From Camelus dromedarius (lineage: Eukaryota), in the NCBI RefSeq assembly GCF_036321535.1, contig NC_087437.1, positions 9,364,001-9,428,000 on the forward strand: a stretch of DNA of 64,000 bases. Direction: 5' to 3'. Below are positions 12,590 through 26,211 of the stretch, piece by piece; the first letter of the stretch is position 1, and every line of letters begins with the position of its first letter. A program made the translations under genes and the position numbers. The notes beneath the pieces are model-generated. The model saw only the letters and a program-made list of their open reading frames with translations. It searched no databases and was not told where the DNA came from.

Positions 12590-13250
12590 CGATGTAGATG
12601 GTGAGGCTACTAGTTGGGGCAGAGAACCCCTGAGGAAGAGCGAGTCTAAGAAGAGACGACAAGCTAAGTTTTTGACACAATGAGGATGAGGTGTAAGTGG
12701 AAATCTGGCCCTTGGGTAAGTGCTACTCCTGCTTAGAAGACAGCTCTGGGCAGACTTCATTCTGAGGAAATGGTGAAGAGTCATCAGGAAAGAACTGAAA
12801 TCATGGACATGAAAGAGATTTCCTTGGGAAACTGTAGAACAAAGAGACCTGGGGTAAGCCTGAAACTTGACGATCTTCAGCTCGGTGAAGAAGAATGAGA
12901 AGGGCTGGAGAAAGAACAAGATGGGGAGGATGACCACCCAGAGGCAAGAGGGAGAGGTTTTAACCGCAGGAAGGGGTGGTCAGCACCGAGGTTGCCCACG
13001 GAGGGATCAAGTAAGATAGCAACCTCCGTGAGATCTAATGTCGTCGAGATTTTTGGTGGCCTTTATGAGTCCTTGAGCAGGGTGACATCAAAGAGAAGCC
13101 ACTTTCCAGGACGGTCAGGGATGGATGAGGGATTCAGAATGGAGTCTAGTGGAGAAACCCATTTTGAACAACCTGACTGGGAAGGAAAAGTAAAGCAGGA
13201 CACTCTAGACAGTGGTAAATATGTTGTAAAGGTGTAGAAAGGAACTGATT
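12590..13250 (-). mobile_element. L2 LINE fragment (degenerate)
   Basis: Purine-rich antisense L2-like text (gagtcatcagg...ctgaaatcatggacatgaaagagatttccttggg...). Confidence 0.6.
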
Positions 13251-14119
13251 CATCTAGAAGATTTAATATAACCTACTTTTGGAATGGCAGGTTTCAACCA
13301 GCACTCAGGTCTAGAAAATGTCAAGCCATGACAGCCTCTCAAGCATTGCAATTTGTATTTATCTCAGTTACATCCCACTGCACATACTCTCTAACCCTCC
13401 ATCAAGTTAGAGCAAGTAACCACTCATCTATTCCTGGTTCAGAACACAGTTCATGGACAACGTCCTCTACGTAGTGTCTAACAGATGTCAGTGTAGAAAG
13501 CGTGCCCCTTTGGCGCCCTACCCTGATGTGCTCACACATTGCTGTGTTTACGTGCTTCTCTGTCTGCTTCCCCACCTGAGGATGCTGGGTCTTAAGGAGA
13601 AAGTCTATTGTATTCCTCCTTGACTTTTACGTGTTAGGGAGTTCCTGGTACCTATTTCCTGATGTGTTTGTCTTTTTCCAAGAATGAATGGATGAACCAA
13701 CAGAGGACTGAGTAAAACTGAATCACAGCCGGCTGAGATACTGCACTCTTTCTTCTGTTGTGCCCAAATTAACAATCGCATTCATTTCAAAACCCAGTAA
13801 CTAACTTCCTTGGAGAACTAGAGACCTAGAGATGGGGACAATGACAGAGTTTATTGAAGTGCACTGCAAAAGGGTGAGGAACATTTTATCAAAGATTTTT
13901 AATCCAATGAAACTTCTATTGTTGCTTTTTCCTTTAAAATAATAAATAAGTGGACCAACCATAAATCTAATCTTTCTGTATTATAATTGTATTAGCATTT
14001 TTTTCCCCGGCACTACAGAAGCTTCTTAAACATGTTCCCTTTTTAGTTATGAAAATTCTATCTTGTAAACAACTCTCCTTCCTCCACAAGCATAAAAGCA
14101 GCAATATTTCAGCTTCTGT

Positions 14120-14290
14120 ACACTGGACACTGTGCTAGGTTTTCTATGTAGTTTCTCTCTTTTGTCCTCTCAGAGCCTTATGAATAAGGAAATGGAGCAA
14201 TGGTGACGTTAAAACAATTGTTCAAGGTCACACAATAAGTTGTAGACACAGGTTTCAAAACCAAACATTCCACTTCTAAAGTTTAAGCTC
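14120..14290 (-). mobile_element. MIR fragment
   Basis: gacactgtgctaggt...ttgttcaaggtcacacaataagttgtagacacaggtttcaaaacc. Confidence 0.6.
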
Positions 14291-14460
14291 TTATATGTAA
14301 ATTTTATTCAGAGATTGCCAATTTTTTGATGACCTGTGATAGAGAAAAAAAAAATCTATAAACAAAAGTTGGTTTCAATTAAACTAAGCCAAAGTGAATC
14401 AAATCAATTATACTCAGAGTAACTCACTTGTAAGGCACTGAATTATTCAAGAAAAAGTTT

Positions 14461-14660
14461 CATAGATTCAGGGAAATAGAAAACAAACTGTGGTTACTGG
14501 GGGGAAAAGGGGTAGATTATAACTCTGTGATTAACAGATACTCGTTACTATATATAAAATAAATAAACAACAAGTACCTATTGTTTAGCCCAGGGAACTA
14601 TATTTAATTTCTTGTAATGACCTATAATGGAAAAGAATCTGAAAAAAATATATATATATG
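14461..14660 (+). mobile_element. L1 3' UTR fragment
   Basis: atagaaaacaaactgtggttact...aacaacaagtacctattgtttagcccagggaactatattt...gacctataatggaaaagaatctg. Confidence 0.8.
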
Positions 14661-14751
14661 TAAGAAAAATTTCATGTTTCTTGCCTTTACTGGGGCTTAC
14701 AATCCAATATATTGTATATTATGCATATGTTAAATCTATCAGATATCATAA

Positions 14752-15106
14752 TGCTATAAACTGAATGTCTGCGTCCCCTCCATATTAATATGTCCAAATT
14801 TAACCCCCAATGTGTTGGTATTTAGAGATGGGTCCTTTGGGAGGTGATTAGGTCATGAGGGTGGAGTCCTCAAGAATGGACCTAGTGCCCTATTAAAGAG
14901 CCCCCAGAAAGATCCTTGGCTCTTTCCATGAGGAGAGGTGGCCATATATGAACCAGGAAGTGGGCTCCCACCAGATACCAAACCAGCCAGTGCCTTGGTC
15001 TTGGGCTTCCCAGCCTCCAGAACTGTGAGAAATAAATGTCTGTTGATCACAAGCCATCTAGTCAATTCTAAGTATTCTGTTATAGCAGCCCAAATAGACT
15101 AAGACA
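14752..15106 (+). mobile_element. MaLR solo LTR, MLT1A-like
   Basis: TGCTAT...ACTAAGACA termini with typical 'gggaggtgattaggtcatgagggtggag' and 'ttcccagcctccagaactgtgagaaataaat'. Confidence 0.9.
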
Positions 15107-15136
15107 CAGGTGTTTATCCAAAGCTATCAGATTTCT

Positions 15137-15830
15137 TCAAATTGAAGTATATTTGATTTAAAAGTTGTGTTAGTTTCAGGTGTACAGCATAATGATTCAC
15201 ATATATTTATACATATTCTTTTTCAGATTCTTTTCCATTATAGGTATTACAAGAAATTGAATATAGTTCCCTGTGCTAAACAGTAGGTCCTTGTTGTTTA
15301 TCTATTTTAAATACATATTAATGTATATATGTTAATCCCAAACACTCAATTTCTCTCTCCCCCCTTTCCTCCTTTGGTAACCATAAGTTTGTTTTCTATG
15401 TCTGGGAGTCTACTTCTGGTTTGTAAATACGTTCATTTGTATCATCTTTTTAGATTCCACATATAAGTGATACCATATGATATTTGTCATTGTCTGACTA
15501 ACTTCACTTAATATGATAATCTCTAGGTCCAACCATGTTACTATAAATTGCATTATTTCATTCTTTTTTATGGCTGAGTAGTATTCCATTGTGTATATAT
15601 ATACCACATCTTCTACATCCAGGCATCTGCCAATGGATATTTAAGTCACTTCCCTATCTTGGCTGTTGTAAATAGTGCAGCCGTGAACATTGGCGTGCAT
15701 ATGTATTTTTGAATTAGAATTCCTTCCAGATATATGCCCAGGAGTGGGATTGCTGGATCATATTGTAACTCTATTTTTAGTTTTTTAAGGAAACTCTATA
15801 CTGTTCTCCATAGTGGCTGCACCAATTTAT
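15137..15830 (-). mobile_element. L1 3' portion (ORF2 C-terminus and 3' UTR)
   Basis: ORF 15410-15607 (-) YIYTMEYYSAIKKNEIMQF...LEIIILSEVSQ is the L1 ORF2 end, with adjacent 3'UTR. Confidence 0.93.
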
Positions 15831-18800
15831 GTCAAATTTTTATTCTATTTGAATGAACCTGTTATTTGCTCCACTGTCCTTTTCACTCTGTCTACATAGA
15901 CCAGAAGAGCAAAATAGAAACTAAATTTATATCTGTCAAAATTAATTGTACTGAACTTAATTGTACTATCTCCTAGAGCACTCACTTATTGTGAATGCTT
16001 TTATTCAATGATTCACTGTGATTTTTTTCATATTTCAATTTAATTTTCTTCCATAATAGCCATGGCACAAAATTTCTAGGAAATACCACTGGAATAAGCT
16101 ACTGGGTGACATTTAGAAATAACCATGGAAGCAAAGACTATGTCAGATTTCTATCATCAAATAAAATGTATTAAGAAAAATGAAGATTGCATTTTTCTGT
16201 AAGGGTCCTGTACTTATTAGCACATCCCATTTTTAGCATCCATTAACTTCCAGGATTTAGGAACTCTGAGCTCTGGTTTTCATCGCATTGGTGAACGTTG
16301 TTACAAACTCTATAATAACAAAAAGAAATTCTGATTTCAATTTCCTCAAGAATATTCCCTGTGGAGCTAACATGTGCTCTGTTTAGTCTCGGCCTCGATG
16401 TGATTGTTTCTTCTGGCAGGTTTGGCTTAGAACAAACCTAACTTTGTATTTTCTTTTAATTCTGAAACATTTGGGCCTTGGAAAAGATGTAAAATCAGTT
16501 ACTAATGGAATTGTCATAATGGTGGTATTCTGAAAATGACTGGTTTTCAAGTGCTTGTAAGTGATTGCAAGCAAGAAGATACACATAACCACATTTTTGT
16601 TTTATAAGAAGTTCTGTCATTTTGAGTACTTATAGTCTATGTTCTGTGCTGGATGACTTTATGTAGATTATTTACGTAAACAGTGAAGATATCCTTGCTT
16701 TCGTTTTACAGGTGAAGAAATGGGGGCTTCATGAGATCATTTTACTGAAGATAAACTACCTTGTTAAGGGGAAAAGAGAAGAAGAATTAAAAACCAGTGA
16801 TGTCTGATTATGAAGCCCATATTCTTTGATTATATTACGTGCCTCTCCCTCTCAAATAGCTACAATTTGTGAGCCCCACCAGTTTTGAAAGAGGAATTGA
16901 TGAACATGGAAATTGCCTCTGAGGAAAGGATTTAAATTTCCACATTCAAGTAGATGGAAGAAAGCAGATAAAGGATTTACAAATGCAGGGGGGAAAAAAA
17001 CCCAGAAATTGCATACAGCCTCAGGGAGGAGAAAGTCTTTATATCAAGGTTATGGAGTCATTCCCAGAACATAACACATAATGAAAAGGGACATCTATAT
17101 TATGATCAAATAAAAGACATTATACAATAGTGCAGTTAATACAAGGATTAAAGTGACTCTAAAATGAAGGGGAATCTAAAATGATGGGAGTTTCCACTGC
17201 TGGAAGCCATGTCAGTAGAAATAGCTAGCATTGAAAGTTAAATCTGAGACGGCCTGCTGGAGGGGCTCTGAGCTCAGAGAATATCAGGCACCAACTAGAT
17301 GTTCATGATCAGAGGCCAAAGGACATAAGAGAACACAGGCTTTTCAGTCTGCCATGATCGAGTTCTCACCTTCCGGTGAACTGCTGCCTAAAACATACAG
17401 TTCTTGAGCTGCCACGAGGCACGTGCACATCTTGGCTTGTGCTACGAATCCCCATCCATTTCACTCAACTCAGAGTGAGCCAGAATGAACTGGCTGCGGT
17501 AGGACATCACAGACACTGTCTCCAATTTTTCTTGGATGGCAAATTTCATTCTCTTATTAGTCTTTAGTCTTTGGATGTCCAGAATAGCACAGGCCTAAAT
17601 AAGTTTCTAAGAGAAAAATTTAATTTAGAAATAAGAGTGAAATATTCTAGTAATTAAACTGTACACTATTGGCATATAGTGGATCATATAGACTGAATTA
17701 CTTAAAAGTTCTAATTTCAAATAATAATGATAACTATTAATAATAATAACCACTATAATTTTTGAGCACTTTATATATATATGATTTTAATTTTCATAGT
17801 GATTCTATTAGCTCTTAATATTTAATTTTTTTAGTAGTTGAAACTTAAGCTGTATAAGATAAAGTATTTTATAGTCACTAATTCAAAGTCGGGATGCAAA
17901 CACAGGTTGACTGATTTCAATATTATTTTTCTTTGTAAAAAATCATATTCTATCCATTGTCCCTATAAGCCAAAGGTAGAAATCTAAGACACTGCTTTCC
18001 TTTCTAGTACTCAGGGCATACGTTACCAATCAGTCATATTTCTAGTTGGCCTCAAAATCCTTCTAACACAACCTACCAGTATCTAGTATCTAATCCAGTT
18101 AACCAGCGTTTGCTATCCCCAACATATATACTCAAAATGATCTAAACATGGTGACATTCGGGCATCCTAAACTCTACTCTTATGCTCATCCATCAGATTG
18201 GAAGATGTATGGAAATCCTTTGTAACCACTGGGAGATGGACAGTGGAATAATCCTCATGGCTGCTTCATAGCAAGCCATTGAGCAAAGCGTTCAGCCTTC
18301 TTCTGGATGAAGTCTCGTAAGAGGACTTTTCCCCCAAAGCTTGCCCAGGTTAGTAGGATAACTGGAGATTTCCACCTGCTCCTCGAGAAGCAGGAGACTT
18401 CCCTTCCTTAGCTTTCTGAAACAGTGAGTTTTGACAGAGTGAACCTGCTTTGTGAGATCCCTTCATGACTCGGACGTGATTGAACATCTTGAAAATACAC
18501 AGCTCCCTCTTGGCTATTCTTTCCCCTTGATCTGTCTTAGAGAGTGGAAGCCCGTGGACTGACTGGACCCATGTAAACCCAAAAAGTCCAGTGGAAAACA
18601 AACCAGCCCTGAAAAGAAACCTGAGAAGGGGCTCTGATCACAGGCACAAAGAATAAGAGTCAGTCCTTTCAAATTCCTGGGCTTGTTTGCCTTAAATTGA
18701 AAAGATTATTTTGTGCTTTGGAAAGGACACTAACCCCAAAGGAAGAACAAAACAGAATGAGTCAAATTGCTTTGAGTGGGAAAGCCTGCTGAGACAGGAG

Positions 18801-19489
18801 AGGAATTCTGTAAGAAGCGACTCTCCTGAAATTGGCCTTGTATGTTCCTGAACGATTCTGATCTGTCCTGCATACCGTTTTCGAAAGTCCTTATGCCTTC
18901 CAAGGGATCACTATCCATCTCCATGTCATCAATGTCATCATGGCCTTTCCTTGCCTATTCATACTATTTAGAAGCAGCCTCATACACCTAAGATAAGGAA
19001 AATACTTTTAATTTTTAAAATCTGTGTCATTTCTTTAACTCCTCCCTGTCCTTCAAGGTTTACCTGCAATGCAACGTCTCCCTGCCCTGCTCCGACTGTC
19101 CATTTATCACCATAATCAATTTTCTCTTTTGCAAACTTCCACAGAATGTTTTAACTGGTTATGAAAACCAGCTTTGCCATCAGAAATCTGAGTTCAGATT
19201 CCAATGTTTTCATGTCCTAAGGAACTTAACAGCTTTTTAGTTTCTTCTTCTATAAATTCAGGAAAATAGCACCTAAATCACAGGATTTCTATAAGGATTA
19301 CATAGAGAAATATTTAACAGAGTATATACTAAATTATAATAACTTTCTTATTGCCTTTTTTATTGTTATTTTATTAAAGTGATAGGAAATAAATTGATAT
19401 ACAATGTTTTATTAAATTTGATTTTATTAAAGTTATTATTATTTAAATCACTAATCATATCTCTCATGGGTCATATGTTTTGTTTCATA

Positions 19490-19640
19490 GTAAAGTTACT
19501 CCATTCTGGCTGAAAAGTTTTTGAAGGGGAACATCCATGTCTGTATTATCTTATTTTTTTTCCATGATGCCTAACAAAGTGCTGTGAAAACTACAGGCAT
19601 TCAAGTATTCTTGAGTGAATGAATGAATAAATGAATGGGT
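19490..19640 (+). mobile_element. L2 3' end
   Basis: atgcctaacaaagtgctg...caggcattcaagtattcttgagtgaatgaatgaataaatgaatg. Confidence 0.7.
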
Positions 19641-20735
19641 AAATAAGACATTGTTTCTTTGAAAGCTGATCCAAAGAGGATAAGCGGAAATGGCAAACAA
19701 TATTTAATTTCATCAACACGATTTGGTTGATTCCTATTAAGAACATAAAATATTCATTGTTGCCTCTTCTCACTGTATGAGCCCTGTGGTGGTAGGGAAA
19801 GGAAACAATATTCAAAAGAGAAAGAAAAACAATAAGGAAGGATGGCGGGAGGTGGGAGGGGGGAATCACCTCGGGAAGTGATCATATGCAAATAAGATAT
19901 GCAGATGACTCACCTGACCTAGACAGAACTGTTGCTGAAACTGCCTATAAACAACACGGTAACCGTCTCCTAAAGATATCCTATATGGGACTAACCACTC
20001 GTAAAACATCTCGTGGTAACTTACGGAAGTATTTCTGTTTTTCAAATTGGAAAGTAGCCAATCAAGGGTATGGTATTATCCAACACAGTATTGTACGGAA
20101 CAGAGATTCTCAGTGTCTAAAGCACAGTGGCTACTCAAACCGTAATAGCTGGCTCAGTATGTGGGATGGAAACATTTAACATTCTTTTTGGTCAGTGGGA
20201 AAATGGACAGACACTAGCTCACATTCCTCCCTTTTTAGTTGTTCTCAATCTCTCACCTGCTCATGAACCTCTTCTCTTTTACTGCCTCTCACTTCCCTTT
20301 CCCTTCAATTTACTTCTTAGCTCATTCATTCTCACTCGCAAACAGTCGTCAAACATTCATTGGTTACCCACTCTCTTGAATGGACTGGGTAAGTTTCAAT
20401 AAAAGTAAATATGATCCTGATAAACATAAAAGCAAAAATAACCATGAGGGAATAAGAAAAACATTTTTTTTTCCACGCCTAGTCTCTTTAGCATCCCCTT
20501 TGCAATAATAGTTTTCTCTTGTTTAACGAAATGAAATCTTTTTCTGAACCATTAAGGAAAAATGAATGCAATTTGCTAATATTAGCAAATATTAACAAAA
20601 GCAAATGAGCTTCTGGTCGAACATTGGCTGGCCTCAATTTGGTCTTTCCTCCATATTTTCATATACTTTGAATCCCACGTCCTTTCGTAAAAAGACACAT
20701 GTGGTGTTTAATTAATGGTATCAGATTTGATACTG

Positions 20736-20768
<33 letters not shown>

Positions 20769-22429
20769 TTTTGGTCAAAATGTGACATGTTCTGGTATTC
20801 ACATTGACTGGAACCAAGGCCACTCAATTTTCTGAGTGGCTCTCTTGTCCATTTGCTCCATTTTCTCCAACTATTCCAGGCGGACAAAGTTTTAGATGGC
20901 ATACTGACACTGGAGACAACTTGATAATAATTGTTTATGGCAGTCTTGACTGCAGCTGAAGAATTTAATTAGTCTAGCCAAAATTTTAATTGCCTCTTTT
21001 TTGCAGATACCTTTTGCCAAATCATGAGCACTACACAGTTCTACACAAAAGTATCCTTTCTTCTCTATCCTTACACCAGATCATAACCTTACGTTCCCTC
21101 TTCCCCACAGACCACCATGTTGTATACACAGCTTTCTTCAATGGCCTCTGCCACAAAGCCAGGTAGATGCTTTGGATAATTTCTATTTTTGTTTTAAACT
21201 GTGTCTTCCATTTTTAATTGCACTTGGCCACATTTTCATTTAGCTGGTCTGGGTGGGATCTCAACTGTTATTGATAAATTCCATTTATAGCGAGGAGCAT
21301 CGTAGAACTGTTTGCAGAGAACTCAGATGCTTCCATCCCATTTCAGAGTATGATACTGTTACATAATATCTGGAGTTCTTCCCTGATAACATGGAAGAAT
21401 TGGTAAGGTAAATCCTTTCACAAAACCTGTTATTTTTATTTTAAATAAATCACACGTTCAGAAAGCCTATGTGAATATTCTCTGTGAGTAACATCCTACA
21501 TTTTTGGCACGTGGGATACACATTTGATTGGCATGCAGCAAATTATGTTATTCATTATGTTTCTGGAAAAGTAAAGGCAGCACAATTGGTAAATTAAAAG
21601 TGATTATTTCAGTAATGAGATATTTCAAATAAGCAGGCTTTAATCTGCTGAAGGAAATAACAGGGCAGACTTCAAGGGGCAAGCTTAGGAAAACTGGCTG
21701 CTCCTCAAAGAAATCAGTAATACGAAGAGCATAAATGAACCTCACAGATAAAGTGGGTAGAAGAAACACCAAAGGGGACAGAACAACACTCCACATACAT
21801 TTGGAACGCACACACAAAAACATGTTTTCTGGAAGAATCCAGCCTAAGAACGACAAAAGAAAAGCTGAAACAAAGCAACCAAACAAAAAACAGTCATGTA
21901 TATGATCATTGTCACAAATCAGAGCATGTCAAGACTCAGGATGAAACTTAACGTGATTGAAGGAAAGAAAGAGAAAGCAGAAGTTTCCTGATGATGGATT
22001 AATTTTCCAAAACAGAAATGCAAAAAGGACTGTAAAATTAGGGTTGAGTACCTGGAGTATGGTGAACCAATCAGTTGGCCAAATAAAAATATCAGATGCC
22101 AGTGAAAACCTCTGTGAAGCCAAAGGTTTGACATCATTGCGTCAAGTCTCAGAAAGAGTCACCTGCAGGAAGTCCGACTGTTGGACTGATTCTGGAGACA
22201 AAGGCATAAAAAGTGAGGGACACAGACCACACTGAATGACCTTCAGGCAAAACTAAGGTCAGAAGGTCCACAAGGATATAGAACTCTTACCACAACAAAG
22301 AGCTGAAACCCAGACTATTGGAGGGTTTGTTTATTTGTTGTTTTGTTTTAATAGAAGCCAGAAAGAGTGGCTAAGTATGCTCAGAGCCTAATAACTTCCA
22401 AAAGATGTACACAGCCTAGTAAATATCCA

Positions 22430-22660
22430 AAGTAGAGAAACAGACATGATTAAAAGGTAGGCAAATAGCAAGAGGGTAGGAATGGAGAGAAACTAAGATA
22501 TTGGTGATACTTGCCAAAGGGAAGAGACTCAGTGTGACTTAATAGCCTTTGACTATTTGAAAAGTAATATAGGAAGGAAGGTGAACAGATGTTCTCCATT
22601 TTCACTTAAAACATAAAAAGCAGACTCTGGGCTCAAAGTGCAGAGGAAGGAAAAAAGAGT
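22430..22660 (+). mobile_element. CR1/L3 LINE fragment
   Basis: gaagagactcagtgtgacttaatagcctttgactatttgaaaag...gatgttctcc...ctgggctcaaagtgcag resembles the L3 3' region. Confidence 0.5.
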
Positions 22661-22863
22661 TATTTTCCTTGCAATCACGTCTGGAGGAGATGACACACTT
22701 TCAATGGACCTCTACTAGGAATGACTGTCAAGGGTTAATCCTTTTTGGGAGAACGAGCCTCTAAATCTCATGCAGTTTTGTGAACTCATATGGGAAGATG
22801 TGCAAAATCAGAACAGGTTAGAACTGGATGCGTCTTGAACAATCAAGTAATCTACTTCCTCAG

Positions 22864-23083
22864 TAGAGGTAGGCAAACTTTGTTTTAGGAAAGGGCCAAG
22901 TAATAAATATTTTAGGTTCGGTGAGCCACGGGGTCTGTCCTGCAATTCCACCACCGTCGTGTGACGGTGGCCCTCGGTCATATGAGAACAGTGGGGTGTA
23001 AGTATGTACCAATAAAACTTTATTTATTAAAACAGTCATCAAGTCAGAGTTAGCCATCTGGCACCAGCTCTTTGCTAAACCTG
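22864..23083 (+). mobile_element. MER58A-like hAT DNA transposon
   Basis: ggcaaacttt...aaagggcca..taaatattttagg...ccaataaaactttattta...tttgctaaacctg. Confidence 0.85.
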
Positions 23084-23091
23084 GTCTAAAG

Positions 23092-23276
23092 GGCTGGTTC
23101 TCAAACTTCAGTGAGCCTCAGACATACCCGGAAGACTTGTTAAAACACAGACTGTTGAGGTCTACCCCCACCTGGAGTCTCTGATTGAGTCTTGAATAAG
23201 ACTGCTCATTTGCATGTCTTACTAACTGCCTTGATGCAGATGCCATTGGTCTGGGGACCACACATGGAGAACCCTG
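23092..23276 (-). mobile_element. MER5A-like hAT DNA transposon
   Basis: ctggttctcaaactt...cttgttaaaacacaga...ggggaccacacatggagaaccctg. Confidence 0.8.
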
Positions 23277-23331
23277 AGGCCAGAGAACAGGAATGAGAAG
23301 CCCAAGGTCCAGGAGAGGGGGTGTGTGTCTG

Positions 23332-23905
23332 TGTGTTGGGCAGAATTCTAAGATGGTCCCTAAGATTTTTCGCATTTCCGTGTACACACCGCACATAATC
23401 CCCAAAGACTGTGAATTCAGTGGACCTTACTCCTGTTGTGAGGTTATGCTACATGGTATGACCTCAAAATTGGGAGGTTGTTGAGATGGGCTTGAGCTAA
23501 TCATACGCGCACTTTAAAAGCAAAGAACGTTCTCCCGCTGGCCACAGAAGCACCAAAAGGATTCAGCGTGCTGTTAGAAGCTAAGTGTTAAGGAGCTAAG
23601 GGTAACTGCCAGCTGACAGTGACAAGCAAATAGAGACCCCAGTCCTACAACCACAGGTACTGAACTCTGCCAACAAGAATGAGCTTGAAAACAGATTTTT
23701 CCCCACCCGGGAGTCTCCAGCTGAGAACTCAGTCCAGCCAATATCTTGATTTCAGCCTTATGCTGCCCTGAAGCAGAGAACACAACCACACCAGTGTTGG
23801 AGTTCATATCAATGGAACTGTGAACTAATAAATGTGAGCTAATGAAATAAATGCATATTTTAAGCCCCTGAGTTTCTGGTAAATTACACAGTAATAGAAA
23901 TCTAC
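23332..23905 (+). mobile_element. MaLR solo LTR, MLT1E-like
   Basis: ggcagaattctaagatggtccctaagatt...cagtcctacaaccacag..actgaactctgccaacaa...gaactgtgaactaataaatg...gtaatagaaa. Confidence 0.85.
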
Positions 23906-26211
23906 CACTGCATGCGGCATGTGGCCCACCTTAGACCTAAATCTCCCCAGCTGAACAGGTTTTATATCCACCACTGCCAGACAACATTAACTCCCACCAC
24001 CCCCATACATGCTCTGACCTACCCACTGCCCCTTGGCCCCATGCATGCTCCCCAAAGTCCTGTGTTTAGGGAGCATCTCTCTTTGAAGGAAAACATTCTC
24101 CAAAGGCTCACTCTCCTCTTCTGGTCAGGGGATCAAAGAAAATGAGGTGAGAAATAGTATATATGTTCAGCAAGCTTAGCCACACTAGACCTAAAAATAG
24201 TTAAAAGTTACTTCTTTCCAAGGAGCTTTGCATTCTTTAGCATCTAATTCGAGCCAACCCCAATGATTTCAATGACAGAGCCCCTTTAAAAAGAATCTTT
24301 AATAAGCCCTGAATTCATAAAAAGTTCAAAAATACCCTCAACAGTTAAGTATTATAAAATCATATTAATGTAAAAGCATTACATTTTGTGACATTTAAAA
24401 AGTTTCTGACATGGCATATCCATAGTTTGAGTTTTCTAATGTTCTTATAAAGGTCATGTTTATGGTATAATAAGCACACATTTGCAAGGGTTATTAATCA
24501 GAGCAAAGCTAGGTTGCAAATGGATTTCCAAAGAATTTCCTATTTTTATTCTGAACATCTTACCGACTTAAGAATGTCACATTTTTCAACAGCCGACTTG
24601 GAAAAAAAAATTAATGATTAATTTTGTTCAAACGGATGTCTTCATTTTAAAAGAAGGGGGAGTGCAGCTTAGGAAGTAAATGACAGGGACACATTCTGCT
24701 AGTTCAGCAAACTAGCACGGCAATTTGGAACTTTCTAATTTTTTAATCTAATGCTTTAGAGCAGGTACATTGCCAGTTAGCAAGGAAACTGATGAGGTCT
24801 AAAAGCTTCATAAAGAATCCAGTGGGTACTGGCAATAGGTTTTTTAATTTGTACGTGATGGAAGGAACATATCCTATTAATGCTAAAAAAAAATACTGCA
24901 AAATAAAAAGGCATTAAACTTATTTTCTCAATTACCTTCCCATTTTGTCTTAGCAAGAGAGAGATTAGTTTCCTTCTTGTTGGGCGTTTAAAAAAAACAC
25001 ATTTCTTTTATTTTAATATTCAAGAAATGCTAAGAGGAGCATCCCTGAAGATTCTGTGGCTACTGGCTATTTGGAAACAACATTTGCCTTGGTAACAAGA
25101 ATTCAACATATCCTTGAAAGCTAAGCACACTTCCAAAATATTTAAGCTTAACAGAAAGAAACAAACGCAGTATGATCCAGCCTAGCAGTTCATAAAAGAC
25201 AGCAGAAGTGACAGACTTTCAGCGTCTGATTTTCTAATTTTCTGCCTCTCTCTTCAGTTTTTCCAGCTGAATGTCTCTAACCTGGTGTGTGATGAACTTT
25301 ACAAACCAGATGAGCTGGCACAGGCAATTCTGCTCCAACAAGAGGAAGTTTCGGCTCCAAAGACCTGCTTCACCTGACGTTTAAACCAAACACCCCAACC
25401 AGATTTCAAGGGCTCCAAGTAGCATGGTTCAGAAAAAGATCAAATAGAAACCCATTAGGGTGATGAAATTAGTAGTTGGCATCACCGAGCGACTAACGAC
25501 ACAAGATTTCTAGAAAACCTTTCTTGCGTGGAACAACACATCTGCTCCTCTTAATTCAGAGGATGAAGTCCTAGAGGGACAAGTGATCAGCCACCCTGAG
25601 GTTCTGGGACCAAGGGACCAGTAAAGCAGGAAGCCACGTGTGGCAGCAAGACTGGGGAATTCCTGGGGCAATGATTCCTCAACGGAGACAATCAGAGCAG
25701 GGAGAATGGGTCAATCAAGGAAGGGGAAAGAGAACAATGGTGAAAGCTGGCAGGCAGGCGCCTTGGCTGGCAGAGATGCCCAGCTTGGGTTTCAGCACAA
25801 ATAAGGGGAAGAAAGGCAGATTGAAATGTTCTAGCCTTGCCTGGGACCCACGTAAGAATAATTAAAGATAAATAACACAGAAAAAGGAAAACAGACACAC
25901 AATGAAAACCAAGAGAGTCAATTTTGTTAAACGACAAGCAATTTAGTACTTGTAAATATTATAATGTGCAGAAACGTGCACTCAATTTGTAGCCGTTTAT
26001 TTCCAAGTCTCTTCACTAATACCAAATTATCATTGTGTTTGCCTTTTAAGGTCGCTCTGATTATTTCTGGCCAGTGCAGATTATATACACTGGTATTAAG
26101 AGAATTAAATATAGCGCTTTGAAATTGTGTATGGTTTCTAGCCACGTAATTGAAAAACTAAGGATTGGTAGGTGCTCTGAAAAACTGCATGCAAATTGTC
26201 AGTGTATAGAG

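Noticed and set aside
20985..21170. Plus-strand acceptor (CTCTTTTTTGCAG) with a downstream weak donor, as an antisense lncRNA exon
   Set aside because: Isolated splice-like motifs are common and there is no supporting exon chain or promoter.
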